Source: Octopus sinensis
Lineage: Eukaryota
Reading direction: 5' to 3'
NCBI RefSeq assembly: GCF_006345805.1
Contig: NW_021833169.1
Coordinates: 1 to 29,014 of the forward strand
Length of the DNA stretch: 29,014 nucleotides
Part shown: piece after piece, positions 1-10,866 of the stretch
Layout of the letters: the number at the start of each line of letters is the position of its first letter
How positions within the stretch are numbered: the stretch's first letter is position 1
Made by a program: the position numbers and the translations under genes
The notes under the pieces: model-generated
Database searches by the model: none
Told to the model about the DNA's origin: nothing
The model's input: only the letters and a program-made list of their open reading frames with translations

Positions 1-160
1 CATAATAATGTAGGGTAAAACATTGTACATGAAGGAGTGTACATAAAATAGTAATGTTTATACAATAAGTAGAATACGTATAATAGAAAATAAATATAAG
101 ACACATAAATAAATATAGACTATATCTTTACAGCTGTTTCGGCCATGTAGATAAGCATGT
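1..160. repeat. Left arm of an inverted repeat; its partner is at ~965-1105 (probable Penelope-like pseudo-LTR sequence)
   Basis: Colinear blocks in 1-160 (tgtacatgaaggagtg, ataatagaaaataaatataag, aaatatagactata) match the reverse complement of 965-1105. The arm may continue beyond the window start. Confidence 0.8.
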
Positions 161-252
161 CTCATTTAAATTATATTAGCCATTTATGGTAGGTCAATGT
201 GTAGTTATAACTGAGACATTTACAAAAACATCCTAGGCCCTCTTCGGAGATT
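124..252 (-). ncRNA. Type I hammerhead-ribozyme-like motif with a ~100-nt extended stem II (degenerate)
   Basis: Minus strand reads CCGAAGA-G-GGCC...[~95 nt, includes AUGUCUCA/UGAGACAU pairing]...GGCC-GAAAC-AGCU-GUA, with palindromic stem III (ACAGCUGU) and a GUA site. U4 is replaced by C and stem I is imperfect. Confidence 0.5.
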
Positions 253-964
253 ACAAATTAGATTACATACATACTTATATAGGTGTGGGTACATACCCAT
301 AATAAAACATATACATATACATATGAGTGCATATACTCATACTCCTATACATATAAATATACATATACATAATGATATAAATAATATAAATTAATAAACA
401 TACATATGCTCCACATTCAATGTTACAGTTTTTCAACTTAATGTTGTGTGTGTGTACAAATGTTGGTATAGTTTTTCCCTTGCCTACGCTAGTGTAATAG
501 AAAGCTAAAGCTATCAACAAACCAACCGTAGGGAAGACGATGGTAATTTAAATTCAAATCCACAGGCCAATCATAATTTAGCGCTAGATCCGTAATTATT
601 TCTGAAATAATAGTGTATTTATGTCACAAGGAATATTATAAACTTAAAATCGGACTTACATATGTGCACCTGTGATCTTAATGTAGTATAACAGAATGCT
701 GGTACTTCATATTTCGTATGTATATGCGGATATCTAACACTTTGCATGGTATTGTATTACTTTGTGACTATATTGCTAATAATGGAATTTATGTCTTGTT
801 TCTCTAGTATTAGCGTTATTAATATAATATGATGATGATATTTTTAGCATTAGTGGTAACGACAATGATAATGATGCTAGCATTAATGACATTTTGGAAA
901 TTAATAAGAACTAATAGAATGTAATCTTGACTCTCTATATCTGCATTTAGGTATTAATATGTGT

Positions 965-1105
965 ATGTTTTTCTACATTGTAATTATAGTCTATATTTAT
1001 ATTTATGTGTACTTATATTTATTTTCTATTATCATATTCTACTTTTGTATAACATTCTATTTTATGTCACTCCTTCATGTACACTACATTATTAGTTTTA
1101 CCTTA
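965..1105. repeat. Right arm of the inverted repeat matching 1-160
   Basis: Reverse complement reads ...tgtacatgaaggagtgacataaaatagaatgttatacaaaagtagaatatgataatagaaaataaatataagtacacataaat..., colinear with the window start. Confidence 0.8.
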
Positions 1106-1376
1106 TAGTTTCTTATGTGGTGGTTTAATAAAGTATGTGATTGAGTATTATCTGGTAGTTGATATTTGATTTCGATGTATTTCTCCATTTTCTTATTTTG
1201 TAATATGAATTTGTGGTAAAAAATTTTACCTTTGCCCATATAATACAATAAATGAATTAATTGGTATCGCAATTCTTAACTTTATGTATTAACGTTGTTG
1301 GGTACCACTCACTACAGTATATTGGATATATGTTATCCCATGGAGGGTTGCATTTACAACCCCTATCCTCAATTTG

Positions 1377-1378
1377 TA

Positions 1379-1440
<62 letters not shown>
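1377..1440. repeat. (TA)n microsatellite
   Basis: Direct reading of the sequence. Confidence 0.97.
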
Positions 1441-2015
1441 GGGGTCATTTTTATACCATTTTTCGATGGCCGGATACTGAAGAGATGGCGGCGTGGGTTT
1501 TCCGCCCGGACATCCAAAACTTGGAGTTTTATATCATGGCTACCGAATATCGCATATCATATTTACAGATAATTCCTCCTCTATTTACATAATATCGAGG
1601 TCTCTTTCATTCTTTTGGTGTCTTACCATATTTCTATCAATATATATATACATTATATATATATATACATATATAATATATATACATAATATATAATATA
1701 CATATATCTATATATAGCCTTCCTACTATAGGCAAAAGATCTGATATGTATGTATGTATAACAAAAATCAAAGTGGATGACAGATTTTCGTAGGTCGAGT
1801 CCCTTTATCTTTGGAAACAAAGTACATAAGAAATTCGTCGAGATGTTATGTTTCAAGCACTGCAATATTACAATCCAAAGAAAAGCAGTTTTACAAAACC
1901 TAACGATCGTTTCAAGCATGCATTTGTATTGGGAAATTTTTCCAGCCGATACAAATAGTCGCATTTCTCTCATCACAGTTAAAAATAAATCGATTAAAAT
2001 GGTTTAAAAACTGAG

Positions 2016-2375
2016 AAAGCTTAAAATATCTTCTATCTATACAACTATAAGTCATATAGAGTAATGTTATATTCTTTAAAAAATGTTATAGTATTTTTTT
2101 TAAAATGTCGAAAGAAAAGCTTTATGAAATGGAAAAAGCTTAAAATATCTTCTATTTATACAACTTATACAACATACAATTTATACAACATATAGAGTAA
2201 TGTTATATTCTTTAAAAAAAATTTCGAAAGAAAGGCTTTATGAAATGGAAAAAGTTTAAAATATCTTCTATTTATACAACTTGAAGCCATATAGAGTAAT
2301 GTTATATTCTTTAAAAAATGTTATAGTATTTAAAAAAAAATTTCGAAAGAAAGGCTTTATGAAATGGAAAAAGTT
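2016..2375. repeat. Tandem repeat, 3 copies of a ~116-119-bp unit
   Basis: The unit start aaag(c/t)ttaaaatatcttcta recurs at 2016, 2135 and 2251. Shared blocks: catatagagtaatgttatattctttaaaaaa and cgaaagaaa(a/g)gctttatgaaatggaaaaag. Confidence 0.92.
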
Positions 2376-2839
2376 GTGAATTAATTTCATTTGTGCGAAC
2401 GAAAATGAAATTAAAAATATTTGTAAAAACAAAATAAAATGAGAACTCAAATTTCGGATTAAGCCTGGTTAACCATGTTAAGTCAGTTTGATTGCTGATA
2501 ATTAAAGTTAGTAAATAAATAATTAAAATAAGGTGAATCCATATATGGAGAATATTAGTGGGAATAGTCTAAAAATTCACATGATATTTATGGTTTACTA
2601 TTTACAACGATCGTTAACTTACAACTTATATACAGAAGGTTAATAGGTTCGAATGCGATGCTAACCCGTGAATTACTAAGAAGCCAGTGTATAAAGAATT
2701 TTACGTTTAAACTTTAAGTTGAACAAATCTAACCAAAGTGGAAGAAATTATTATTTCATTAAGGTAAGTCGATGTTCATAAGATCGGATTCTGTGCTTTC
2801 TACTTTTTAAAAAACTTAAATCTAACTAAATATTTATGC

Positions 2840-3090
2840 CTACATGCAATTATAACGTCTCATAAGCCCATACACAAACACACTCAGACATGCACATACA
2901 AGGAGACAGAGGCACACACACACAGATGCAAAACACACGCACATACACATACAGACAGAAACACGAACATGCAAGTACATGAATATACAGAATACATACA
3001 TACAAATGTACAAACATACATACATATATGTATACACACATGAATACAAACATACATGAATACACACATACATACACACATGCATGCATA
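2840..3090. repeat. Degenerate (CA/TA/CATA)n low-complexity tract
   Basis: Scrambled ac/at/ac-ag repeats; the overlapping ORFs are V/C/M/Y runs. Confidence 0.9.
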
Positions 3091-3094
3091 AATC

Positions 3095-3233
3095 CCCCCC
3101 CACATCTCTTGAAACCGATGTTGGTGTGTTTATGTCCCTGTAACTTAGCGGTTCGGGAAAGTGACCGATAGAGTAAGTTTTAGGCTTACAAAGAATAAGT
3201 CTTGGGGTCAATTTGTTCGACTAAAGGCGGTGC
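3095..3233 (+). mobile_element. 3' fragment of tRNA-derived SINE family 1
   Basis: Matches the 3' half of the copy at 4976-5369 (accgatg..ggtgtgttta.gtccc.gt.acttagcggttcgg...cttacaaagaataagtc...cgactaaaggcggtgc). Confidence 0.88.
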
Positions 3234-3321
3234 ATACACACTGTATATACCTTCGTACACCTATACGTGTATATATATGAATAATGAATATGTGCGTGTG
3301 TGCGTTTACATACATAGATGC

Positions 3322-3381
<60 letters not shown>

Positions 3382-3594
3382 ATATATACATGCATGTATG
3401 TATGTATGTATGCATGTTTGCAAGTATGTTTGTATTTGTGTGTATGTGTGTATATATGCATAGACACGTTATATATATGTATGTTTGTGTGTATGAATAT
3501 GCATATATATATATATATCTACGAATATATATTTATACATATATATACTTATATATGTATATAAATGTATATGTGTGTGTATCTATCTCTCCGG

Positions 3595-3626
<32 letters not shown>

Positions 3627-3803
3627 TTATTTTTTTTTGTTCTTTTCTTCCCTTTTATGATCCCTCTTGATCGAAAACCTACGCCACCCCCTTTATTTCA
3701 TCCCCCAAAAGAAAAGCTCTACCTTGTAACTTGTCCCATCTGTGTGCAGCCCTGTGTGGCCAATAAAGAAACTTATCTATCTATCTATCTATCTGTCTGT
3801 CTA

Positions 3804-3866
<63 letters not shown>

Positions 3867-3879
3867 GTCTGTCTATCTG

Positions 3880-3918
<39 letters not shown>

Positions 3919-3931
3919 GTCTGTCTATCTG

Positions 3932-3974
<43 letters not shown>

Positions 3975-3992
3975 CTATCTATCTATCTATCT
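3233..3992. repeat. Compound microsatellite region: (TA)n, (TG)n, then a (TATC/TGTC)n array at 3774-3992
   Basis: Direct reading. A short SINE-tail-like piece (tgtcccatctgtgtgcagccctgtgtggccaataaagaaa, ~3730-3772) precedes the TATC array. Confidence 0.93.
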
Positions 3993-4458
3993 CTGTATAT
4001 GTATGGAGATATTTGTTGACAGTATAAAAATATATTCACTTAAACTTTAAGTAACGTTTGTTTGTAAATATATTTTAAGTTTTTATATTAAAAAAAACAC
4101 ACACACACAAATATAATTTAGATACTAACGTGCGCACGCATTAGTGCGTGGGCATGTGTGTCTGTGTGTGTGTGTGTGGTGTGTGTGTGTGTGTGTGTAT
4201 GTGTTTGTGTGTCTGTATCTATGTGTGTAAGTATATTTATCAACGTGAATAGTATATTTATATTCACCTATATATCTAAAAGCATGTGCGTGTATAAGTA
4301 TGTGTGTATCTATGCATGCACACATCAATGCATGCATTCACCTATGCTAACTACAAGGTTTACACGAAGGCAATTAATGACGTCAGAATCGGCAACAGTC
4401 GTATGTCTCCGATAAAGTTTTTCAGCTCTTGCATTGCAGACAATAGTTGGCAATCGGC

Positions 4459-4548
4459 ATGTCGCTATATCACGATGCAACATCTCAGCAAGCGTCGCAA
4501 TTCTTGGATCATTTTGAATATTTGGAATCGATACAATTAAAAGAAATG
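4459..4548 (+). CDS. Candidate first coding exon of an unidentified host gene (MSLYHDATSQQASQFLDHFEYLESIQLKEM, phase 0)
   Basis: Unique, normal-complexity island. Possible acceptor tttttcagctcttgcattgcag| at 4439, in-frame TAG upstream, ATG at 4459 with G at -3, and donor atg|gtacgt at 4549. No homology recognised. Confidence 0.35.
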
Positions 4549-4855
4549 GTACGTGTTCATATCTCTTCTTTTTCTTTTTTTTTTGTTTTCTTTTCTAAAC
4601 TGGTTTAACTTCTATTGTTTATGTATTTATTATATTTTAAAAGTATTATTTTCATTTCAAATTTGAAGGGATTAAACATACAGAGAAAGAAAAGAGGGTT
4701 ACTGTAAAAAGAAAATAAAAGTTAGCCCGCGACTTAAAAGGAAAACCCCTTGCCTTGGTTTAGAGTTCTTTCTATTTTCATGATCACATTTGACTTCTGA
4801 TTGTCTGTCTGTATGCATGCATAGATGCATGTATATAGATATGTATGTATATATA

Positions 4856-4937
<82 letters not shown>

Positions 4938-4975
4938 ATATATATATATTTAATATATATATATATATATATATA

Positions 4976-5140
4976 GGCGCAGGAGTGGCTGTGTGGTAAG
5001 TAGCTTGCTAACCAACCACATGGTTCCGGGTTCAGTCCCACTGCGTGGCATCTTGGGCAAGTGTCTTCTGCTATAGCCCCGGGCCGACCAATGCCTTGTG
5101 AGTGGATTTGGTAGACGGAAACTGAAAGAAGCCTGTCGTA

Positions 5141-5179
<39 letters not shown>

Positions 5180-5369
5180 ATGTGTTTGTGTGTCTGTGTT
5201 TGTCCCCCTAGCATTGCTTGACAACCGATGCTGGTGTGTTTACGTCCCCGTCACTTAGCGGTTCGGCAAAAAGAGACCGATAGAATAAGTACTGGGCTTA
5301 CAAAGAATAAGTCCCGGGGTCGATTTGCTCGACTAAAAGGCGGTGCTCCAAGTAAAAGAGTAAGAGTAA
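4976..5369 (+). mobile_element. tRNA-derived SINE family 1, near full length
   Basis: A box tggctgtgtgg (4986-4996), B box ggttcagtccc (5029-5039), CORE-like tcttgggcaag, internal (TA)n(TG)n and a tail of agtaaaagagtaagag repeats. Inserted in (TA)n. Confidence 0.92.
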
Positions 5370-5646
5370 TATATACACACATATATATATACATATATAT
5401 ATATACAAATCTATATGTACATATATATATATATATATGTATATTTATGTATATATGTATATATATGTATCTATCTATCTATCTCTCTATATGTACATTT
5501 ATATGTATATACACATACAGACACACATATTTATATATATAGACATATATAAATATATACATACATACGCACACAGAAAAAAAAAATATATATACAGTTA
5601 CATATATGCATATATATATGCATGCGTATATATATATATATATATA

Positions 5647-5679
<33 letters not shown>

Positions 5680-6017
5680 TTACATATATGCATATATATA
5701 TATATATATAACAGTTACATATATATATATATATATATATTTATAAATATATATTATATACAACTAAAAGGATGACTACAGTCGATAGAAGTGTATATTT
5801 GACAAAAGTTTATAACCTTGGTAAACTCAGAAAGATCTGTGTATGTACGTATCTAACTATCTATATAAGTATATACACCGCACGCACGCACACACCCACA
5901 CACCACACACACGTACACACACAGACACACACACGCACACACATATATATATATATATATAGATATATATAGATTATATATATATATATACTTTATATAT
6001 ATATATCCATATATATA

Positions 6018-6084
<67 letters not shown>

Positions 6085-6137
6085 CAAGTATATATTATAT
6101 ATATATATATATATACACATATATATATAATATATAT

Positions 6138-6177
<40 letters not shown>

Positions 6178-6304
6178 ATATATATATACATATATATATA
6201 CATACATATATATATATATATATATCAATGTATCAATATATATTATATAATTTATATACTGATATATATATATATATATTATATGTATTTATATACTGAT
6301 ATAT

Positions 6305-6717
6305 TCTCTTTACTCTTTACTCTTTTACTTGTTTCAGTCATTTGACTGCGGCCATGCTGGAGCACCGCCTTTAGTCGATCAAATCGACCCCGGAACTTAT
6401 TCTTTGTAAGCCCAGTACTTATTCTATCGGTCTCTTTTTTGCCGAACCGCTAAGTGGCGGGGACGTAGACACACCAGCATCGGTTGTCAAGCAATGCTAG
6501 GGGGACAAACACAGACACACAAAAAAAACCACACACACACGCATATATATATATTACATATATACGACAGCTTCTTCAGTTTCCGTCTACCAAATCCACT
6601 CACAAGGCTTGGTCGCCCGGGGCTATAGCAGAAGACACTTGCCCAGATACCACGCAGTGGGTCTGAACCCGCAACCATGTGGTTGGTTAGCAAGCTACTT
6701 ACCACACAGCCACTCCT

Positions 6718-6719
<2 letters not shown>
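6305..6719 (-). mobile_element. tRNA-derived SINE family 1, near full length, inverted relative to 4976-5369
   Basis: Reverse complement is colinear with 4976-5369 and has the complete 3' end (cagcatggccgcagtcaaatgactgaaacaagtaaaagag). Confidence 0.92.
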
Positions 6720-6761
<42 letters not shown>

Positions 6762-6824
6762 ATATTATATATATTATATATATATATAATATAATATATA
6801 ATATATATATATATATATTATATA

Positions 6825-6855
<31 letters not shown>

Positions 6856-6869
6856 ATTATATCATATAT

Positions 6870-7040
6870 ATAAATTCTTTATTTTCACTCATTGTTTCTT
6901 TCTGTATTCCTTTTTGTGGAAGAGCGCAGGCTCGAAACGTTAAACACTTTTTTCCACTTCCTGGGCATTATACTGATACATCTCTTTGTTGTCTACACAA
7001 CCTGTCTTCGTCTTTTGTTTTTTTTTTTGTGAATCCTCCC
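6870..7040 (+). mobile_element. Solo Penelope-like pseudo-LTR mini-element with a degenerate minimal hammerhead motif (6911-6945)
   Basis: ttgtgga-a-GAGC-gcag-GCTC-GAAAC-GTT-aaac followed by a T-rich tail, flanked by (TA)n. Homologous to 22099-22213 and similar in architecture to 23681-23890. The core reads UUGUGGA rather than CUGANGA. Confidence 0.6.
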
Positions 7041-7074
<34 letters not shown>

Positions 7075-7320
7075 CACACACACACACACACACACAAATA
7101 CATGTACATATATGTATAAATGTGTTTAATATGTCAAGTCGTATGACAACCGATATTTGTTGATATCTCGCAGAAGTAAACTTTTCTTGCGTCCTTTCGG
7201 AGTTGATAAGTAGAATCACGTTCGACTACACAGGGTAAACCCTTGCCTACCTGTCTGTCGTTCAGCCTGTCTTTCCGTTTGCCTGTATTTCTCTCTGTCT
7301 CCGTGATTCTTATTCCTTAG

Positions 7321-7340
7321 GACTCGACCTCGTGCTACAA
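7321..7340 (+). other. Candidate 20-nt micro-exon
   Basis: Long pyrimidine tract ending ...ccgtgattcttattccttag|G, then donor caa|gtaaga at 7341. Based on splice-site pattern only. Confidence 0.25.
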
Positions 7341-7771
7341 GTAAGAAGCGAAATACCTGAAAGACGTGTACAATGTGTCTTGTGGGAAAAATATATGTTC
7401 CCCTCGATCGATCCATCCATCTATCCCTGCACTTTTATATGCTATATGTACAATATAACAAAGTACAGTACTTCTGTGTGTATGTGTGTATATGTATGTA
7501 TATACATTTATATCAATCTATCTACATACTTATACAGACACACATATGTATATATGTGTGTATATTATATATGCATATCATATTGATGTTTGTTTTTTTG
7601 CTCTACTAAAAAGAGTCTTACATTGAATTGAAGAATTCACTCAATACATTCAGTAGAGTACAATTTTTAGTATTGACAGTGAATTCGAAGTTTCACCCAT
7701 CTAAGCTATCATTAGACAGTCCAAAATTTTGAAGTCACTGTGGATAAAATTCTTGTTAAACATTAATAAAG

Positions 7772-7810
<39 letters not shown>

Positions 7811-7854
7811 CACACACACACACTCGCACGCACGCACACACACACACACACACA

Positions 7855-8733
7855 CAAGAGTGCGATGGGTAAATTGTCGCCATTATATATCATTAATTTT
7901 GCGCATGCGTAGTTTACTTTTGAATTTGTCGACTACAGTATAGTAGGGTCAATTGGCCATCGTCTGTGAGTAAAACAACACAATGATGCATTACACTCTG
8001 CCAGAAATTTGGCTACGACATGCTGCACTGCTTAGCATTCGCGCCTGAAGCTCCAATATGAACATTTCAAAGTGTTTGGGTGTCAATTTGAGGACGGTGC
8101 AATCTGAGGACATGTACCGAGAGTGATAAAAACCAAACATCCAGTCAACATCATGGTGTTTGGATTGATCACTAGTGACAGCGACGTTATGCCTCCATTC
8201 ATCTTCCCCACGGCCTCAGACTCAACACGGAGGCCTACATCAAGTGCCTGGAGGAAGTAGCGCTGCCCTGGGTGGTGAGGGTGCTGTTGGAGGACCATAT
8301 GCCTGACAGCAGGTCTCTGCACCATGCCATACAAACAGGAGCATACAGTCATGGCTGTCAGACAATTTCCGCGACCACATCACCCCTAATAGCTGGCCAC
8401 CTAACTGCCCAGACTGCAAATCCTTTGATTATTATGTGTGGGGCGCAGCTGAGTAAGAGACCAACAAAACACCTTGTAACACCAAAGATGAACAGAAGGC
8501 AAGAATTATGGCGGCACTCACCAACTTAAGCAAGGACACCGTCCAGAAGAGTTGCAGGAGATCTCAAAATCGTTAGTAGGGCGTGGTTGAAGTTAATGGC
8601 GATTTTATTGAATACATTTACTCTTTAGTATTTCAAGATATTTTTATGTAATTTTGAAAAATCTATCTGTTAAAGATGTCAGTGTGATTTTCATCTTTGC
8701 GTAATTTAGACGACAGTTTATTCACTTCTCCCG
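7855..8733 (+). mobile_element. Internally deleted Tc1/mariner DNA transposon of the DD37D (maT) type, decayed
   Basis: HTH-like piece SNMNISKCLGVNLRTVQ is joined to KTKHPVNIMVFGLITSD. The catalytic region reads QQ(V)SAPCH...WPPNCPDCKSFDYYVWG, with 37 residues between the second-D position (mutated to V) and the third D. Imperfect TIRs (taaattgtcgcc / gacgacagttta); 3' end followed by TA; stops and frameshifts present. Confidence 0.88.
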
Positions 8734-8829
8734 TACACACACACACACACACACACATGTCTATACACATATATATACATACATTCATACATACACACAC
8801 ACATATATATGAGAGATATTGGTATCTAG

Positions 8830-10240
8830 AAGGTACCAGTAGTCAGGGATATCTTTATCCGTATATCTGACCTCTCTTCCACTGAGGAAATATTCATTAA
8901 CCACGCACCATATTACAACCAAGCGCTCGCTACCAGCGGCTGCTCCCAACAAATATAAAACATCCCTAATACTAGGCTCAAGCAACATATATCCCAAATT
9001 ACATCGCAACGACACACCAACCATTAGAATCACAATAGGCCACACATACACTATGCTAGAACCCCGGGGGAACTCGTATTAAGATAACCTAGACCTCACA
9101 CGCTAAAACAGCTAACAACAAAGGGCTCCATTTTCCAAAAATATAGACAGCACTACCCCTAAGCACCCAAAAAGTGGTGGATGCTCTATTCTATGGTACA
9201 CACCCTCCTTCTCACTAAACGTTAAGACCTTAGCTAAATCCTTCTTTTAATATACTAGACTCCAACTTCCGTCATCAACATAAATATTACTCTATCTTTA
9301 ATAGGTCTACCCTGAAGCTATCCTATTCCACCCCGCCAACTACGAGTCTACCATAGCAGCCACTAATAGACAAAAGCTTTTTCTCTACTAGCAAAGCTCA
9401 TACTATAACAACTCTGAATACACGAGCACACATGTACACAGCTCTAACATTAGACCACAACCCTAACCCAACCTATCCTATTAATACTAACCAGAATATC
9501 AGTACAACTTCCACCACCGTTACAGGTAGAATAATTAGCAACGATAACAATAATAACGATAATAGTAATAATAATAATAATAATAATTAGACCTTTCTAC
9601 CCCCATCTCTAACCTCTCCTTGACAGTATTACCTCTTCCATTTCTGAAAATAATCCCCAAAATACACCCACTTGTAACTGCCATCCTAGGTCCATCTGCC
9701 CTCTACAAACCCATTGTACAAGATCTAATGTTATTTATAAATACACCGTCCTCAACACATTACATACTTATACAGCTAAATACATAGGATCAACCATAAA
9801 TTTTAAATAGCGCTATGCCGCTCATCTCAGTTCTTTTAGATACGAGAAACCGTAAACCCACAACACTCGCCGGTCACATACATCATTTCAAAAATAGAAA
9901 TATTTCCTACATTTTGTCATGGTCCATAATAGATTCAGGATTTCTATAACAAGGTCAACGCTTAGCCTGTAAGTTATGTCTAAAAGAGGCATTCCACATA
10001 TTAAAACACAACTCGACACTACTAAATAAATATAATGAGGCCCTAAGTACATGCAATCATCGCATTTTTCATACCTTCAAATTTTACCACAAATCTAAAT
10101 GCAACCTAAATAACCACACAGCAAATATCCACAACACCCCTTACGTCATCCCCAATAACCCTACTTAACTTTCCTTTATCTCCATTTTAATTCTTAGTCT
10201 TTAATTTTTAACTCCCCTATCTTACTTTGAGGACTCAGTC
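8830..10240 (+). mobile_element. 5'-truncated Penelope-like element A: RT thumb, linker and C-terminal GIY-YIG endonuclease, pseudogenised
   Basis: RISDLSSTEEIFINHAPYYNQALATSG; WYTPSFSLNVKT...IFNRSTLKLSYS; CNCHPRSICPLQTHC (9673-9717); NVIYKYTV...YIGSTINFK*RYAAH; CKLCLKEA; LLNKYNEALSTCNHR; stop at ~10109. Flanked by microsatellites. Confidence 0.9.
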
Positions 10241-10249
10241 ATTTAATAT

Positions 10250-10690
10250 TACATATATGGACATACAAGCGGATTCATGTGTGTGTATAAATGTGTGAGC
10301 ATATATTTTTTATGTATGTATATGTATGTGGCTATATGTATGTATATATATGTGTGTGTATATGTATGTATATGTATGTGCATATGTATATACAAATATA
10401 CGAATGTGTGTATGTGTATATATGTATACGTAAGTAGCTGTATTCGCGCGAGCGTGTGACTGTATGTAAGCACGTATGCACCTGCGCGTATGTATGTGTG
10501 TGCATATGCATATATTTGTATATGTATGCGCACGCATATGCGTGTATGAATACATATATGAATTCGCGTGAACATGCACGTGTATATATATGTATGTTTA
10601 TGTATATGCATATGTATATATATGTATGTTGTGTATATGTATGTATGCATATGCGCACATGTATATGTACGTGCGTGCGCGCGTACGTAC
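10250..10690. repeat. Degenerate (TG/TA/CG)n low-complexity tract
   Basis: Scrambled dinucleotide repeats. Confidence 0.9.
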
Positions 10691-10835
10691 GTCATTATAC
10701 CGTTTTTCTCCCTCTCTGATTCATACCTTTCACACTAACCTAGTCTATTTATAGAAAATTGACATCCTTGTATTCTTCCCTCCACTTTAAATTTAACTAC
10801 TAAAACTACTACTCACTTTGGTATTACTACACCAA

Positions 10836-10866
10836 TATTATTATTATCATTATTATTATTATTATT
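10836..10866. repeat. (TAA)n array at the 3' end of Dong copy 1
   Basis: tattattattatcattattattattattatt directly abuts the element's 3' end at 10867. Confidence 0.92.

Noticed and set aside
2016-2375. Tandem array considered as a CRISPR-like locus
   Set aside because: Units are ~118 bp and contiguous with no unique spacers, there are no cas genes, and the context is eukaryotic.
4976-5060. tRNA-like heads here and at ~20900-20977, 21343-21410 and 23283-23350
   Set aside because: They have A and B boxes but no complete cloverleaf and continue into SINE bodies, so they are not tRNA genes.
275-7883. Many 60-230 aa ORFs rich in YI, VC, HT and LSIY repeats (also at 10249-10719, 24242-24910, 25799-25996, 28087-28428)
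   Set aside because: They are translations of (TA)n, (TG)n and (TATC)n microsatellites, which lack stop codons in some frames.
9673-10109. Selenocysteine read-through in the Penelope endonuclease, as described for some Naiad PLEs
   Set aside because: The interrupting stops read are TAG/TAA at non-Cys positions and there are frameshifts. The endonuclease is C-terminal, not Naiad-type.
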